Positions 28,044 through 42,185 of a DNA stretch of 64,000 nucleotides are shown in pieces (position 1 is the first letter of the stretch; each line of letters opens with the position of its first letter). A program made the position numbers and the translations under genes. This DNA comes from Octopus sinensis (taxonomy: Eukaryota), in contig NW_021833722.1 in assembly GCF_006345805.1 (NCBI RefSeq), positions 9,876 to 73,875 of the forward strand, read 5' to 3'. The notes under the pieces were generated by a model, which was given only the letters and a program-made list of their open reading frames with translations, ran no database searches and was not told the DNA's origin.

Positions 28044-28893
28044 GCATATATATACATATATGTATATATATACACACAGACGCATAGACGCACACACACA
28101 GTCACACACAAAGTCACACACATATATACATATACAAATAAACATATATATATACATACATAGATATATGTGTGTATATATGTATATGTATATATATATA
28201 TACACACAGAGGCATAGTCACATAGACACACACACTTACACAGTAATACACACGCATATATACTCTCGTGCGTATGTGTATTTAATTGGCAATACAGATA
28301 AGTATATATTAAAGTGATTCTGGGCATTTCCCCCTCCCTCTCCTTTTATCTGCCTATTTGTCTGTTTGTCTCAGTATAAACATGTGTATATACATCGGTA
28401 TATGTATATGTATGAATACGTATATATATTTATATATGAATGTATATGTGTACTTATGTGTATACACACACACACACACATACACGCGCAGAAACACATA
28501 CACACAAATATACAGACAGATATATGTAGAGAGAGAGAGAGAGAGAGTGAGAAAGAAAGAGAGGCAATCAGATAGACAAACAAACAAAAAAAAACAGAGA
28601 ATGAGCGAGAGAGAGAAGAGGGGGCGAGAGAGCGAGAAAGAGAGAGAATTTGTGTATACTTGGAATTTGTGTATACTTGGAGCGTTTTAAATTTATCTGT
28701 ATTGAGAATATTATTTCTCCTCAAGGTGTTAATTACATTAAACTAGACGTATTCGCAATTAAGAAGATAACGAAAAACTCAAAATTTCCGGAACAAATAT
28801 TTTCCCGACATCATTTACATACTGCACACTCATGCACACAAGCATACATATGTACAAGCACTAATACACACATATACATATCCATATACGCGC

Positions 28894-28983
<90 letters not shown>

Positions 28984-30028
28984 TGCATGTATGTATGTTG
29001 TATAAAAACATTTTCTGCTCAGACACTAGTGTTATCATTACATCCTTTTCTTATTCTTGTGTTCTCTTCATCCCATTCTCTAAGTCTCACCTATTTGCTT
29101 TCCGATGTTGGTGTCTTATCTCCAGTGTACTTATTGCATAACAACCCTCTACAATAATCGTTGATTCTCACTAATTATGCAGTTTTATCTAAGGTGTCGA
29201 AACTATTGTTATCCATAGCAAAACAGCTAACGAGGGCTAAATTTTCGTTTAGTTTCTTCGTTTGTAACACTTGTCATGTGTTTATATGGCGTACACCCTT
29301 TCATGACCCCCAACAAGTACATTTATTTTTTTTAATCGGCAGAAAGTTTCAAAAGTCATTCACAGGTCGAGAGTTTCGTGCGCTGGGGATTGTCCAACTG
29401 GTGTCATTTAGGGTTTGAAGCACGATGTACCTCATATTTATCGCAGATCAAACAATTGCTTGGAGGCTCGTCTCGTTTTCATTCATCTTAGGGTTCTGGA
29501 GCAGTGCAATAATTTATTGAGTTGTTGGACTATAATGTGATGTATTAAATCTAATCGTTTATAGTTTATAGTCTTACTAAACAGTCATCAAATCTCGAAT
29601 ATGTTTTCTCTATTAGATTTTCAACGATGCGCAGCACCTCGTGGTATATTTGTTTATGTTGACAACCAAGTGGATAGGCACATATAAGAATGAAGTGCTA
29701 TCAACTAAAAACTATGGTTGCAGAACAAAACTAGTGATTGGATATGGTCGTTGACAATCCAACAAATTCCCGGTCCAGTGATGATTGATCGAGAAAATAT
29801 CGAAACTAACATTCCAGACAAACAAACAAACAAACAAAGGCAATCAGCAATAAATACATTTCTAAATTTAATTCAAATATTTAACAGAAATACAATGGAG
29901 CTTTTCATGCCAGTCTAATTTTTATCAGCAAAAATTTAAATCATCAATAATATCCATAACAATACCGAAACCTCAAAATAAAAAAAAAACATGGAAGTTG
30001 ATACTTGTATATATACATACATAGACAT

Positions 30029-30063
<35 letters not shown>

Positions 30064-30466
30064 CACACGCGCACGCACATACACACACATACACACATAC
30101 ACACACAAAATATACGCGACGCGCACACTGGTATAGGGAGGAGAGAGGGAGGGAAGAAGAGAGGGAGGGAGGGAGAGAGAGACGAATACATGTAGAAAAG
30201 ATATATTAGTTATTTTCGTGTCGATATGATCAGGCGTTTCACAGAACTGGCCAATATATTTCGCAGACAACTTGAGTATCTACGATCATAATTCCTGTAA
30301 CTCGAAAATTATCAGCAGATGATTTATGGCGTTTCATTTTCCAATTCCTCTAAAACAATGATTATAATAATGCATACATACATTCATACATATATACACA
30401 CATGTATATATATATATATATATATATTATATAAGCGAGAAGAAGCAACAAGAATGGATAGGTTTT

Positions 30467-30537
<71 letters not shown>

Positions 30538-30576
30538 GTCTGTGTGTATTTATATGTATGTATATATATATATGTA

Positions 30577-30654
<78 letters not shown>

Positions 30655-30693
30655 GTCTGTGTGTATTTATATGTATGTATATATATATATGTA

Positions 30694-30755
<62 letters not shown>

Positions 30756-30769
30756 CATTATTTATATTA

Positions 30770-30903
30770 TATACATTTGACGGATATTTGTCCTCATCTT
30801 GTTTGTTGTTAACACAATATTTCGGCTGATATACCCTCCAGCCTTCATCAGGTGTCTTCGGGAAATTTCGAAACTAGGTTCTCATTCCTAAGGTATTTTT
30901 CGA

Positions 30904-31001
<98 letters not shown>

Positions 31002-31010
31002 TCAGGTCAC
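30770..31010 (-). mobile_element. Short repeat (family A) carrying a type I hammerhead-like motif at 30812-30855
   Basis: Minus strand ACAC CTGATGA A GGCTG GAGGGTATAT CAGCC GAAA TATT GTGT: intact CUGAUGA/GAAA core, 4-bp helix I, 5-bp helix II, palindromic ATAT helix III. Confidence 0.7.
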
Positions 31011-31089
31011 ACTCACACACTCGCGCGCACGCACACACATACATACACATACATTCATGCATATATATGCGTGTGTGTGTTTCTGTGTC

Positions 31090-31290
31090 TCTGTTTGACC
31101 CTCCACCGCTTGACAACTGGTGTCGTGGCTTGCATGCATTTCCGTTTTGTAGCGACTCAGTAAAAGAGACCGATAGCATAAATACCAGATTCTAAAAATA
31201 AGTACTGGCGACGATTTGTATAGCTCATTCCTACAAGATGATGGCCTAGAATGGCCGCGATCGAATGATTGGAACAAGTGAAAGATATGT
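31090..31290 (+). mobile_element. Family 2 SINE, 3' half (diverged)
   Basis: CGCTTGACAACTGGTG..AAAGAGACCGATAG..ATGGCCGC..GATTGGAACAAGTGAAAG. Confidence 0.7.
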
Positions 31291-32047
31291 GTATATATAT
31301 ATCGGCAATGTTGGCCAATCTGCTATAAATGGTTTCACATTGTTTCTTTTGAAAAGCGTTTGAGAGGAAAAGTTGAAGCTATGTTTATTTTTACATTCAT
31401 ACTACATGGTGGGTTGAAGCACATTATATTCCTCTTTCTGGGTACTTGCTCATGTCTAACATTCCAGTAAGAACGGAATGATTGTACTTACGCGTGAAAC
31501 TGCATGTGAGGGGTTATGGAGAGAATAAGCTTTTCACAAATAGATAAACTCTTATAATGAGAGTTCTTTTTCTCCTTTGTATTTCTAAACGTAAACGTTA
31601 ATGCATAGAATTATGCATAAATGTATGAACTTCCGCCTGCTAAAGTGAATGTTACCATGCTAACAATTATCCTTGTGAAATAACTTAATAAATCACCTAC
31701 AGTGTCTGCGTGTCTTTAAATTATTGAGAATAGAGGGAAATATAAGGCAACAAATGACCGATTGATCAATGAAATCATGACAGATAAAGAAATACAAGTT
31801 TTGTCAAAGAAAGAAAACTCAAGATTGTTTTGCAGGCTTTGGTTTTGGTTTACCATTCTGTGTAAAATGTTTTTTTTTTGGTGGGGTTTCTTTTCCTCAT
31901 GCTCTTACCTGTCAGTCATAATTTTGTTTATCATCGAAAAATGTGTTTCTTGAAAATTTATGAATGTGCACGCGCTTGCAACCACACACTTTCCCTGCAC
32001 ACGCACACTCTCTGTTTTACAGATCCAAATGCACAAAAATGTTTATG

Positions 32048-32087
<40 letters not shown>

Positions 32088-32089
32088 CG

Positions 32090-32250
32090 TACATACGACG
32101 GGCTTCTTTCAGTTTACGTCATCCAAATCCACTCACAAAGCTTTAGTCGAACCGAAGCTATTGTAGATGCTCGCCCAAGGTGTCCCGCAGTGGGACTGAA
32201 CCCGTGTCCATGTTGTTGGGAAGCAAGTTTCCCACTACACTGTCACAAAA
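32090..32250 (-). mobile_element. Family 2 SINE, 5' half
   Basis: GGGCTTCTTTCAGTTT..AAATCCACTCACAA..GCAGTGGGACTGAACCC. Confidence 0.8.
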
Positions 32251-32269
32251 GCATAGACAAACATTAAAG

Positions 32270-32610
32270 ACGTTTTACAACTTAAAGCCATTCTCCCTGC
32301 GCAAAGCAATTCTAACCACGGCTTACATTCTACGCAAAACAGCTTCATTTCATCAGCACGGTCTATGCTGTCCATCTTCTATTCAGTCAGCCCCCAAAAC
32401 TACAACACAATCTCCGTCGCACATGCTGAATATAATCACTGCCCAACAATAACACAGCTCATAGCATTTTCGACACAATTGCTGGCCAATAAACACAACT
32501 TGCTGTATGTATGTCATAAACACATCCTCCATATACCCTACACAATCACCAGCCAGTATGTATAACATCATTCATAGAGCACATAGTCTACACAATTATT
32601 AATTAATAAA
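32270..32610 (+). mobile_element. Possible 3' end of another RLE-LINE
   Basis: LRKAILTTAYILRKT resembles the Dong terminus QKIALLGTAHILRRT; followed by a non-coding stretch and a TAA/A tail. Confidence 0.4.
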
Positions 32611-32723
32611 AAAAAAGTTAGATCCAACGGCAGCGCCTTTGCGTAGACGTCCAACTTGGTAGAAGCAGCAGCCAAGTTTCCCTCAATTCCCAATTTATCT
32701 TAAAATTTATGATAGAAAATATA

Positions 32724-32938
32724 TATTGCCCACAGGGGGTTAGACATAGAGGGAACAAACAAGGACAGACACATGGGTTGCGTTAAGCCCAGTGCGTAAC
32801 TGGTACTTATTTAATCGACCCCGAATGGATGAAAGACAAAGTCGACCTCGGTGGAATTTGAACTCAGAACGTAACGGCAGACGAAATACCACTCAGCATT
32901 TCGCCCGGCGTGCTAACGATTCTGCCAGCTCGCCGCCT
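32724..32938 (-). mobile_element. Family 1 SINE with 17-bp TSD, nested in an older repeat
   Basis: TSD TTATGATAGAAAATATA at 32707-32723 and 32939-32955. Confidence 0.9.
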
Positions 32939-33949
32939 TTATGATAGAAAATATAGCCCCTGACATCCAAGAAAACGGAATGTTGGCGGCTGAAATGTCT
33001 TTCGTTACAGACCTCCTCGATATGGCTGAGCTGAGGCTGAATGATAACAACGCGACAGAATTTTCATTAGAACCAGTTTAAGATGAGTTTCCATTCTCTC
33101 AACGACAAATCACAAACTAAACATAATATACAAAACAACTGACAAAGCATCAGAACAAGCTGTACAAGGGACACACTCCTACGTCCGTAACACGCTTTAT
33201 ACAGCTCCAGCAAAATACTGAGAAACTCCCGGTTCGTTGCTGCAGCTGGTTTCAACATAATCTCTTTCAAAACGTGAAATAATCCCTTCCAAACATCCAT
33301 ACACATACAGAACACCTCAGGCATTCAAACAAGATCCGAAAAGTCAGTGTCTCTCCTTATTCATTGCAGATAATCCCTAAAGATTATCTATGAAATACGA
33401 ACTGCTCGAAATGCCAATTGTCTCACTGGCACCAAACAGATTGTGACGTACACCAACAACAACAACACGAGGATGGGAACAGCAAGAGAGAGAGAGAGAA
33501 AGAGAGAGAGGGTGAAAGAAGGAGAGAGAGAAAAAAATGAGAGAGAGAGAGAAAAGAGAGAAAGAGAGAGAGAAAGTGAGGGAGAACAATATGTACACAT
33601 TATCACAGTGTATTCCATACGATTCATAACTGTATGTCCTTATGTACTGTATGGGGGTCAACTAGAAGAAGGCATGGCAAAGGTTGAGCCGTGTGTCTCA
33701 CCTCGTTGTATGAATAATGAATTTAATTTGATGTAAAACAGTCAATATGGTGGAATATTCAAAAGCATTCCTCCTCACTAAAATACTGCAGACACCTCAG
33801 GAAAGACACAAACACGCTGATGGGGGATCGATGACATTGATCCAATGCCCGGTCCGTTTCTAGTTTTTATCGACCACAAAACGCTGAAAGCAAAATTGAT
33901 AATGATAAATCTCTTACAATGGTAACCATCGACGAATTTAGGCCGCGTT

Positions 33950-34520
33950 AAGAATTGGGCGCTGGCGTGGCTGTGTGGTAAGACGTTTGCTTCCCAACCA
34001 CATGGTTCTGGGTTCAGTCCCACTGTGTGCACCTTGGGCAAATGTCTTCTACTATAGCCACGGACGACCAAGGACTTGTGAGTGGATTTGGAAGACGGAA
34101 ACTAAGAAAGAACTTAGTTAGTCTATATATATATATATATATATATATTATGATATATATATATATATATTGATATAATATATAATATATATATAGATAT
34201 ATTATATATATATATAGATATATTTTTTATTTATGTATGTATGTATGGATGTATTGTGTATGTATGTAGGTATGTAATGTGTGTATGTGTGGTGTGGGGG
34301 GGTGTTGTTTGTATGTGTGTGTGTCTGCGTCTGTTCCCCACTACCGTTTCACAACCGGTATTGGTGCGTTTACGTCCTTGTAACTTAGCGGTTCGGCAAA
34401 AAACACCGATAGAATAAATACCAGACCTCCAAAAAGGTTCTGGAGTCGATTCATTTAACAAAAATTCTTCAAGGCGGTGTTGCAGTATGGCCGCAATATA
34501 ATGACTGAAAGAAGCGAAAT
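33950..34520 (+). mobile_element. Family 2 SINE, full length, expanded internal microsatellite
   Basis: GGCGTGGCTGTGTGGTAAG..GGGTTCAGTCCCAC head; CAAGGCGGTGTTGCAGTATGGCCGCA tail. Confidence 0.85.
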
Positions 34521-35050
34521 ATAATGATGGCAGATAAAAGATAGAAGGTGTCTTAGAGGCCCCAGAATGGTGAAAAAAAAAAGGACTTCGGTGGCAGCGA
34601 CGAAATGCTGAATAAAATATGGCGTCAGGCTGAAATTTGGGACAGTGGATTACTTCATACAAGCGATCTCAGTGCCGTGTTTTATCGGTCCCGATTTGAC
34701 GAAAGGCAAGGTTAAACTCGGCGGAATTTGAATTGAGAACATGAAGAGTTGGAAAAAAATACCGCAAAACATTTTGTTCGACGCACTTACGGTTCTGCCA
34801 ATCCATCAATTAGGAATGAAAATAGTAAGAAAAGAAGAATAAAAAGAAGAGAAGAGAAAGCAAATGAGGAAAAAGAGAAAAAGAGCAAGATTGGGAGAAA
34901 GAAGTTGGAGTTGGAGGCGGGGGCAGAGGCGGAGTGTAAAAGACATTCTTCATTTTGATGAAGTTGGAAGAGAAGAATTATCAACGAACAAATCTTTAGA
35001 AGTCTTTTCTGAGATGAAAAGAAGCGTTTGTTTGTTTGTGTGTGTGTGTG

Positions 35051-35094
<44 letters not shown>

Positions 35095-35369
35095 GTGCGC
35101 GCGTCTGTGTGTGTATGATGTGTGCATTAGGAAGAGATGTATATAAAGAGTACATATGGTGTGTCTGTGTGCGTATATATATGCGAGTATGTATGTATAT
35201 AAACATATATGTATGTGTGTGCGTGCGTATGTATATGTCTGCATGTCAGTGTGTCTATATATATCATAAAGGAGATGTATGTCTCAGTGTGTGTATATAT
35301 ATACACATACACATACACACATATATATACACACACAAACACACACACACGCACATAGATATATATAAA

Positions 35370-35404
<35 letters not shown>

Positions 35405-35831
35405 GTATATAGCGTGATGTAGTGTTAGTGAAGATAAAGACATAGATACACAGCTAGATATTAATTAACTGTGAAATTATTTTTATCTTTTACAAACGAG
35501 GAATTGTATCTTTGATGGAGTTGCAAGAAAACAAAAGAAATTTTTTTATTCATTCGATATTTTCAACTTTGTGATAATGAAGAACTTTGTCAAGCTGCTG
35601 CTGTTGGTGATGACAATGACGACGGCAGTTTCAATGATGATGATGATGATGATGATGACGACGATGACTACGATAATGATAATGATGATGATGCCATTAA
35701 TTATAGCAAACCTGAAGAAGAAAGAGAGATGGCTGTGATGTTAGTTCTGTTTATGGAAATGTTGTTGCTGTTGCTGTTGTTGTTGTTGTTGTTGTTGTTG
35801 TTGTGTCCATAAGTTTATTCCGTTGGCGCAG

Positions 35832-35913
35832 ATTTATGATCAAGGGCAATCCAGTCGTGGCCAATTCGAGCAGTTGTTCAATCAACGAAACAATCTATTC
35901 TTTGCATTTCAGT
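35832..35913 (+). CDS. Candidate 82-nt exon (IYDQGQSSRGQFEQLFNQRNNLFFAFQ, or alternative frame FMIKGNPVVANSSSCSINETIYSLHFS)
   Basis: GGCGCAG acceptor and AGT|GTAAGT donor; two open frames. Confidence 0.35.
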
Positions 35914-36866
35914 GTAAGTGGCCCTCGAAGTCACGAAGTCGTACCAAGCTCGGTGCCCCACGCGATCTTCTTAACCTTTCGACTTGCAAACTGAACTATC
36001 CAATGAGTTTTTCCTTATCTTAAGACTGTAGGAGTGTCATTTAAGGGTGCTTTCGTTTTTGTTTTTTTCTGGTAAGTTGAGCGAGTATGTGGAGGCTGTC
36101 TTTTTGGCTCGTTTTTGATAACAGCAGATGTAGATACCATGAAGATACCATTTTGATTTCTATGATAGACATGAAGATACCATTTTGGGGCTGGTGGTAG
36201 TGGTATGGGATGGATAAGGGTCTGATGCAGATGTTAATGTTATGGTTACGGACGAGGATGTAGCAAACTGGCAGAAGCAACGCTGTACTAATGACAATTG
36301 GAAGAGATGACCGTTGGTGGCCGATGTCTGATGAGTTTGGCAAACCATCACAAAATAGTTCTCAGAATAGATATCTTCAACTAATGGTTAAGTAAACAGA
36401 TAGAACTAGATTACAGAGAGGTCGGTAGACACTGGCAATTTTTAGTGGAGCATTCGCCTAAAAAGTATTGGTTTGGTCTGCAGATAAGAGATTGAGTCCA
36501 TGGCTTTTGTGGTTCACTCTCTACGAAACAAATCGCTGGAATTAACGTTGCTTTCGAACAGTTGCAAGACGAAAGTTACAGGAAACTTGTGCAGGGAGGA
36601 AATTCTGAGAAAACAGATATTCCAAGTTGGTAGGAAAGAATACAATGGCTAATACGGTTTTTCACTCGTGCTTCAAAGTTAAACAGTTCTTGTCTGATGA
36701 TACGCTTTTCAGTCGAATCGATCAATAAAACGCAGAGATAAATTTTATGAATAAATTATGTAATTCTGCATTTTACGATGTAAAAGGCAGAATTTTACTG
36801 CATTTTACCACAGAATTTTATCACTGAAAGTGGTCTTTCCTTTTTAACAAAAAGTACACAGACACA

Positions 36867-36901
<35 letters not shown>

Positions 36902-37084
36902 CACACACACACACACACACGTAATGTGTGGGTTTAGTTCTTGTGGCTATTGCTTGTGAAAGCTAGGATTGTAATCTGAAGTAGAGATGCATAAAGAACT
37001 ATATACACACACACGTGTGTGTGCTTGTGTGTGTGTGTTGTGTAATATTTCAGTAGCATAGAGAAACGCAGTAAGTACTCTTTT

Positions 37085-37270
37085 CTACTCTAGACATAAG
37101 GCCCGAAATTTTAACCTCAGTATGCAGCTGATACTTAATTGCTCGGCCCCTCCCGAAAGGATGAAAGGCGAAGTCGGACTCGGTGGAATTTAAATTCAGA
37201 ACGTAGCGGCAGACGAAATGCCGCTCAGCATTTCGCCCGGCGTGCTAACGTTTCTGCCAGCTCGCCACTT
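37085..37270 (-). mobile_element. Family 1 SINE with ~11-bp TSD AGAAACGCAGT
   Basis: Head and CORE motifs; flanking duplication at ~37063 and ~37274. Confidence 0.8.
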
Positions 37271-37349
37271 TGAAGAAACGCAGTCTTGTGACGGATTGTA
37301 ATGTTGAGAAAGATTAAGAAAAAGAAAAAGAAAAAAAAAGAAAAAAAAT

Positions 37350-37560
37350 TACACCAGATGTGTTTGTCCTCCTAACATCGCTTGACAACCGATGCTGGTG
37401 TGTTTATGTCCCCGTTACTTAGCGGTTCGGCAAAAGAGACCGATAGAATAAGTACTGGGCTTACAAAAGAATAAGTCTCGGGGTGGAGTTGCTCGATTAA
37501 AGGCGGTGCTCCAGCATGGCCGCAGTCAAATGACTGAAACAAGTAAAAAAAAAAAGAAAG
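37350..37560 (+). mobile_element. Family 2 SINE, 3' half
   Basis: CTTGACAACCGATGCTGGTG..GGCGGTGCTCCAGCATGGCCGCAGTCAAATGACTGAAAC. Confidence 0.9.
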
Positions 37561-38081
37561 AATAAAAGAATAGATAAGAAGATACACAAACTACAACAAC
37601 ACTAATAACAACAAATCTACCGTGTTGTTAAAAAGAAAAAAAAACAGTTTTAGTTGTTGAATTAAAGAACAATAAGACTTGTTCCTGAAATTTCATCTTT
37701 GCGTTGTCAGGAAAGAAATACGGAACAAAGAAGGAAAAAAATACAAGTTTTATATTTGTTTTTGTTGGTTTTATTTTGCTATGGTGAGTTTTTTTTTATA
37801 ACCTCCCCCACCCCCTCCGTAAAGACAAAGGAAAGTTCTAAACTATTTTGTTACGTATTAAGTTGGGGGCGGTGAAGAGCGGGTAGTGGTGGGGTAGAGT
37901 GCGGGTGGTGGTGGTGGTGGTGGTGGTGGAGTGTTGGGTGTTGGGGTGGACAAGGTATGGACGGGTTGCTAGAACTGTACTGCGAGAGTTTTAAATGTTT
38001 TTTCAGCCACATTAACAGCACCTTGTCCATTATCACATGTTCTCCTCCTCTTCACTATCGTCGTCGTCGTCATCATAACAC

Positions 38082-38137
<56 letters not shown>

Positions 38138-38173
38138 CATCACCATCATCACCATCATCATCATCATCATCAG

Positions 38174-38219
<46 letters not shown>

Positions 38220-38859
38220 TGTGTCAGTGGCTTAGTGTGAAAAAAACAACAACAAACAAACAAAAAATGTTACTACAAAGTTTAAAAACAATGGTTTTAA
38301 GTTCGAATACAGTGTGACGTAGCCTACACATCCAGGGACTAGGAACATGATGACGATAAGGAGCCACACTGATCGGATTGTAAACTGAAATACTGTGAAT
38401 ATAAAAACTAAATGTTCAGTATAATGAGGGTGGGGTGGGGAGGGAAGTCAGTCTTAAAATCCTTCTGGAATCAATGAAGTGAAAGGTACCTTTCGATTGG
38501 GTCGTTGGATCAACTGCACCCTTTCCCCAGAAATCTCCATGTTCTTGTGTCTATCATAGAAATCATTATTCCTGTTATCGCACTAAATACGCAACACGCT
38601 TTCGATTTTTAATTGGATTAAGTTATGAACTTCATTAGCTGCAGCTGTTTCTGCTATTAGGTGCAGGCGACTCCTGATTGAACGCCTGACTAACACCTTA
38701 AAGCTTCACCGGAGCGTGAAATATGAATTGCAATTTTTAATCGTTTTTTCTTTTGTCATTTAATTTTCTCATTACGGTTCTATACTCGTCTGAAACACTT
38801 CTTTTTGAAATATAAGCATATTGAGTTCTACACCAGGTTATTTAGTCTCACATTGCGCA

Positions 38860-38914
<55 letters not shown>

Positions 38915-39719
38915 GAGAGAGAGAGAAAAGAACAATAACACATATATCTCTGTATGTGTTCTTTTTGTTGTGTGTATGTGTGTGTGTGTGTGTGTAAAAT
39001 TACAGGCTTCGGAAACGCTCACAGACACGCACACGTAAATATTCTATCGATGCCAGAGGGAAGATTTGCTCCTAGCGGAATTTGAACCCTGGCATAATCG
39101 TAAATCTGAACAGAGATCAATATACCAGCAGGGTGCTACCATAATCCTTTGTGGCATGCTATTCAACCATTGTTAAACCTTCTGAACAGTTTCTCCTCTA
39201 ACTCGTCTCATTTCTTGTTACTTTTCTTTACCATATTCTATCTATCGCCTCGCTTCTTTTCAACATTATTCCTTTCTCTCTCTCTCTCACTCTTTCTTTC
39301 TTTACACACATACAAACGCATACATATGGCATGTACATATATGAATTGATGCACGCAAGCAAACATGCATTTATCCATCTAAGTACACAGATCTCTTTTG
39401 TTCGATCAATTCAGCTGAAGTTAAAATCACATTTTTCCGCCTTTCCATTGTTTTACCGAAACGCCGTAGGTTTCTTAGTACACGTCTGCTTTACGACGAC
39501 ACTCAGTTCAACTTCTGTTTTCTCCACCATCTTTTCTTTTTTTTTTACCTTTCGTTCTACATTTCTTCCTTTTTTCGCATTTTTTGCATGCCACTGTCTT
39601 GAACGTCGTGCTTACAACATAGATATAGACACAAATAAACACGTACTTACATAGTATGTATGCGTATATATATATATTTCGATTCGTTTCGTTTCGTTTC
39701 GTTTCTTCTTCTCCAAGTA

Positions 39720-39768
<49 letters not shown>

Positions 39769-39788
39769 TAAACACATAGTATGTATGC

Positions 39789-39829
<41 letters not shown>

Positions 39830-39865
39830 TACATACATACATACATACACACCACACACACACGC

Positions 39866-39900
<35 letters not shown>

Positions 39901-39904
39901 ATAT

Positions 39905-40110
39905 TTATGTATAATCATTCGTCATGATAGATCGCTAGCCACTAAACCTTTTCTATTTTCTCTCCCTGTTTATTTCTATGTTCCATTCTATCGAAGAGCA
40001 TAGGCTCGAAACGTAAAAGACTTTGTCACTTCCCGAGTGTTAAACTAATACATCTGTTTGTTGTTTACACACCCGTCTTAGTCCTTTGTTTTTTTTGTAA
40101 ATTCTCACTA
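39905..40110 (+). mobile_element. Short repeat (family B) with hammerhead-like motif at 39983-40020
   Basis: CTATCGA A GAGC ATAG GCTC GAAAC GTA AAAGA; about 200 bp, flanked by (TA)n. Confidence 0.6.
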
Positions 40111-40890
40111 CATATATATGCAATCATGCCAGCATACTTGCATATACAAACACACGAAACTACCCATATTTAACCACGTACACATACACACACACACACA
40201 CACACATACAGTTTCGACCTCGTCATTCTCACTGAAAAACATTGGGTCCAATCGAGGCTAAGATATAAAAAATCAAAAAGAAAAAACAATAAAATAAATC
40301 GCTTCCCAGAGTGGGATCGAACCGGGTGCTTTCCGATTGACAAACTAACTTATTGACCACTCTGTTATGTCTGCATTTCTAGGTATGTTTGCGTTTCATA
40401 CAGGCCAGCCAAAAACAGCGACGCAGTTTCTATTTCCAGTTAATGCCGACTGAGTTTACACAAACATCCATGTCAGAAGAGCAACTCTAACATAATTCTT
40501 AAATCATTTTCCCGCTAAAAATATTTGGATTTCTGCCACAAGAAAAAAAAAAACACAACTTTCCGGTTAATTCTTCAATTGTAATGGAAATTTTACTTCA
40601 GTGGTATAGCCAAAGCAAAAAAGGCGAAACACAAAGCGAAATCCGCCCCCCATCACCAAGAATGCAACAATCAAGGAAGCAAAGAACATTAAGAAGAGAA
40701 ACAAAGGAATCAACAGAATAAATAAAAAAACGAATGACTTGTAACATTCTTTTGATCTGAGTGAATAGAAGTTCTAATTAGGTTGTCTTTGATTTTAATG
40801 AGAAAGAAAAATGAAAGTGAAAAAAGATATAATTACAAGAAACACTACGACACAGAGATAAAGATATATGTATGTAAATGTAACCTCCCC

Positions 40891-40996
<106 letters not shown>

Positions 40997-41058
40997 AGGG
41001 AAGGAGACACAAAGGAGACATTCAGAAGGATAAGTATATACACAGACAGTAGACAGAT

Positions 41059-41176
<118 letters not shown>

Positions 41177-41177
41177 A

Positions 41178-41209
<32 letters not shown>

Positions 41210-41419
41210 CAGGCACACTTGTAGTTTCAGTTGCTGAATTGCGGTCATGCTGAAGTGCCCCCTCTTTCGAGAGTTTTAATCTATCAGACCTGGACGGTAT
41301 TATATAAACATAAACTTATCGATTTGATACACATCGATCATATTTTCATCGATCTGTTTCAAATAGTGAAGTTTTTCATATACGTAAGATGCGTGTGCCC
41401 GCAAAGCACTCTATAAGCC

Positions 41420-42185
41420 AGTTCTTATTGGTTAAGGCCGAGAGGACTGCAATACTATAATATAAACAAAAACTATTGAGTCCAAGTCTGTGGTCTTCAA
41501 GGGAGACAACTGCTCGAAGCTCGCTAAATCCGGCGGCCATGATTTGCGCTGGTGAGTGGAAAGCTTTGAGGAAGTTGGAAATTATTCAGAAGAAAACTGC
41601 TCCGATGCTACCAGTTGGACAATGACGCTGACTTGCGGAGGGTGGATGTCACTAGTTGCTTTAAAATGCATAACTTTTCCGAAGTGAATGTATGAATTTC
41701 TCAACTAAAAATAGGAAACCACGTAAACTGCATCATCACGTATTTAACTTAAATTATCCTGAAGGACCATAAGATCTTCTCTCCAACATCATACGTAGGT
41801 TAATCAAAAAAAGTAATTAGAAATCGTTAGCAAATACATCTTCGGCATTATCAACTTCCAAATGAAAAGCACCACAAGGCTGCAACAATAATATTGTGTC
41901 ACTGCCATCATCAGTTCCAAAGCATTGAGAATAAATCGCCCGATGAATTGATCTAGTTCGACATTATAAACTTCTATCCATCTATTTCTCAATATCTTAC
42001 CCTAAAAGTGGATGAAGTGAGTGTTTTCCTGGGTGAAAAAAGAAGGAGACTCTTTGACAACATCATGGAGGGCTATGATGGAGCTGAAGTGGCTAAATAC
42101 CGTGAAATTGGTTTTTCCATAAAAACAGTCAAAGCACCGCATTCTGCAGTACCGAGGGTTATACAATCTTCGAAAATGTGAACGC
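41420..42185 (+). pseudogene. Decayed Penelope-like element reverse transcriptase
   Basis: ILKDHK; IVSKYIFGIINFQMKSTTRLQQ*; FDIINFYPSIS (cf. PLE FDIVEFYPSI); FDNIMEGYDGAEVA (cf. FDVTMGSYDGAEVC). Confidence 0.8.

Noticed and set aside
31755-31940. Minus-strand exon ETHFSMINKIMTD with CAG|GTAAGA donor
   Set aside because: Appears to be one arm of a degenerate inverted repeat rather than an exon.
32941-33081. Protein-like ORF MIENIAPDIQENGMLAAEM...
   Set aside because: Begins in a SINE TSD and appears to run through an old repeat tail.
42000-42027. 28-nt minus-strand exon with strong splice sites
   Set aside because: Lies inside the Penelope RT remnant; probably fortuitous, though exonisation is not excluded.
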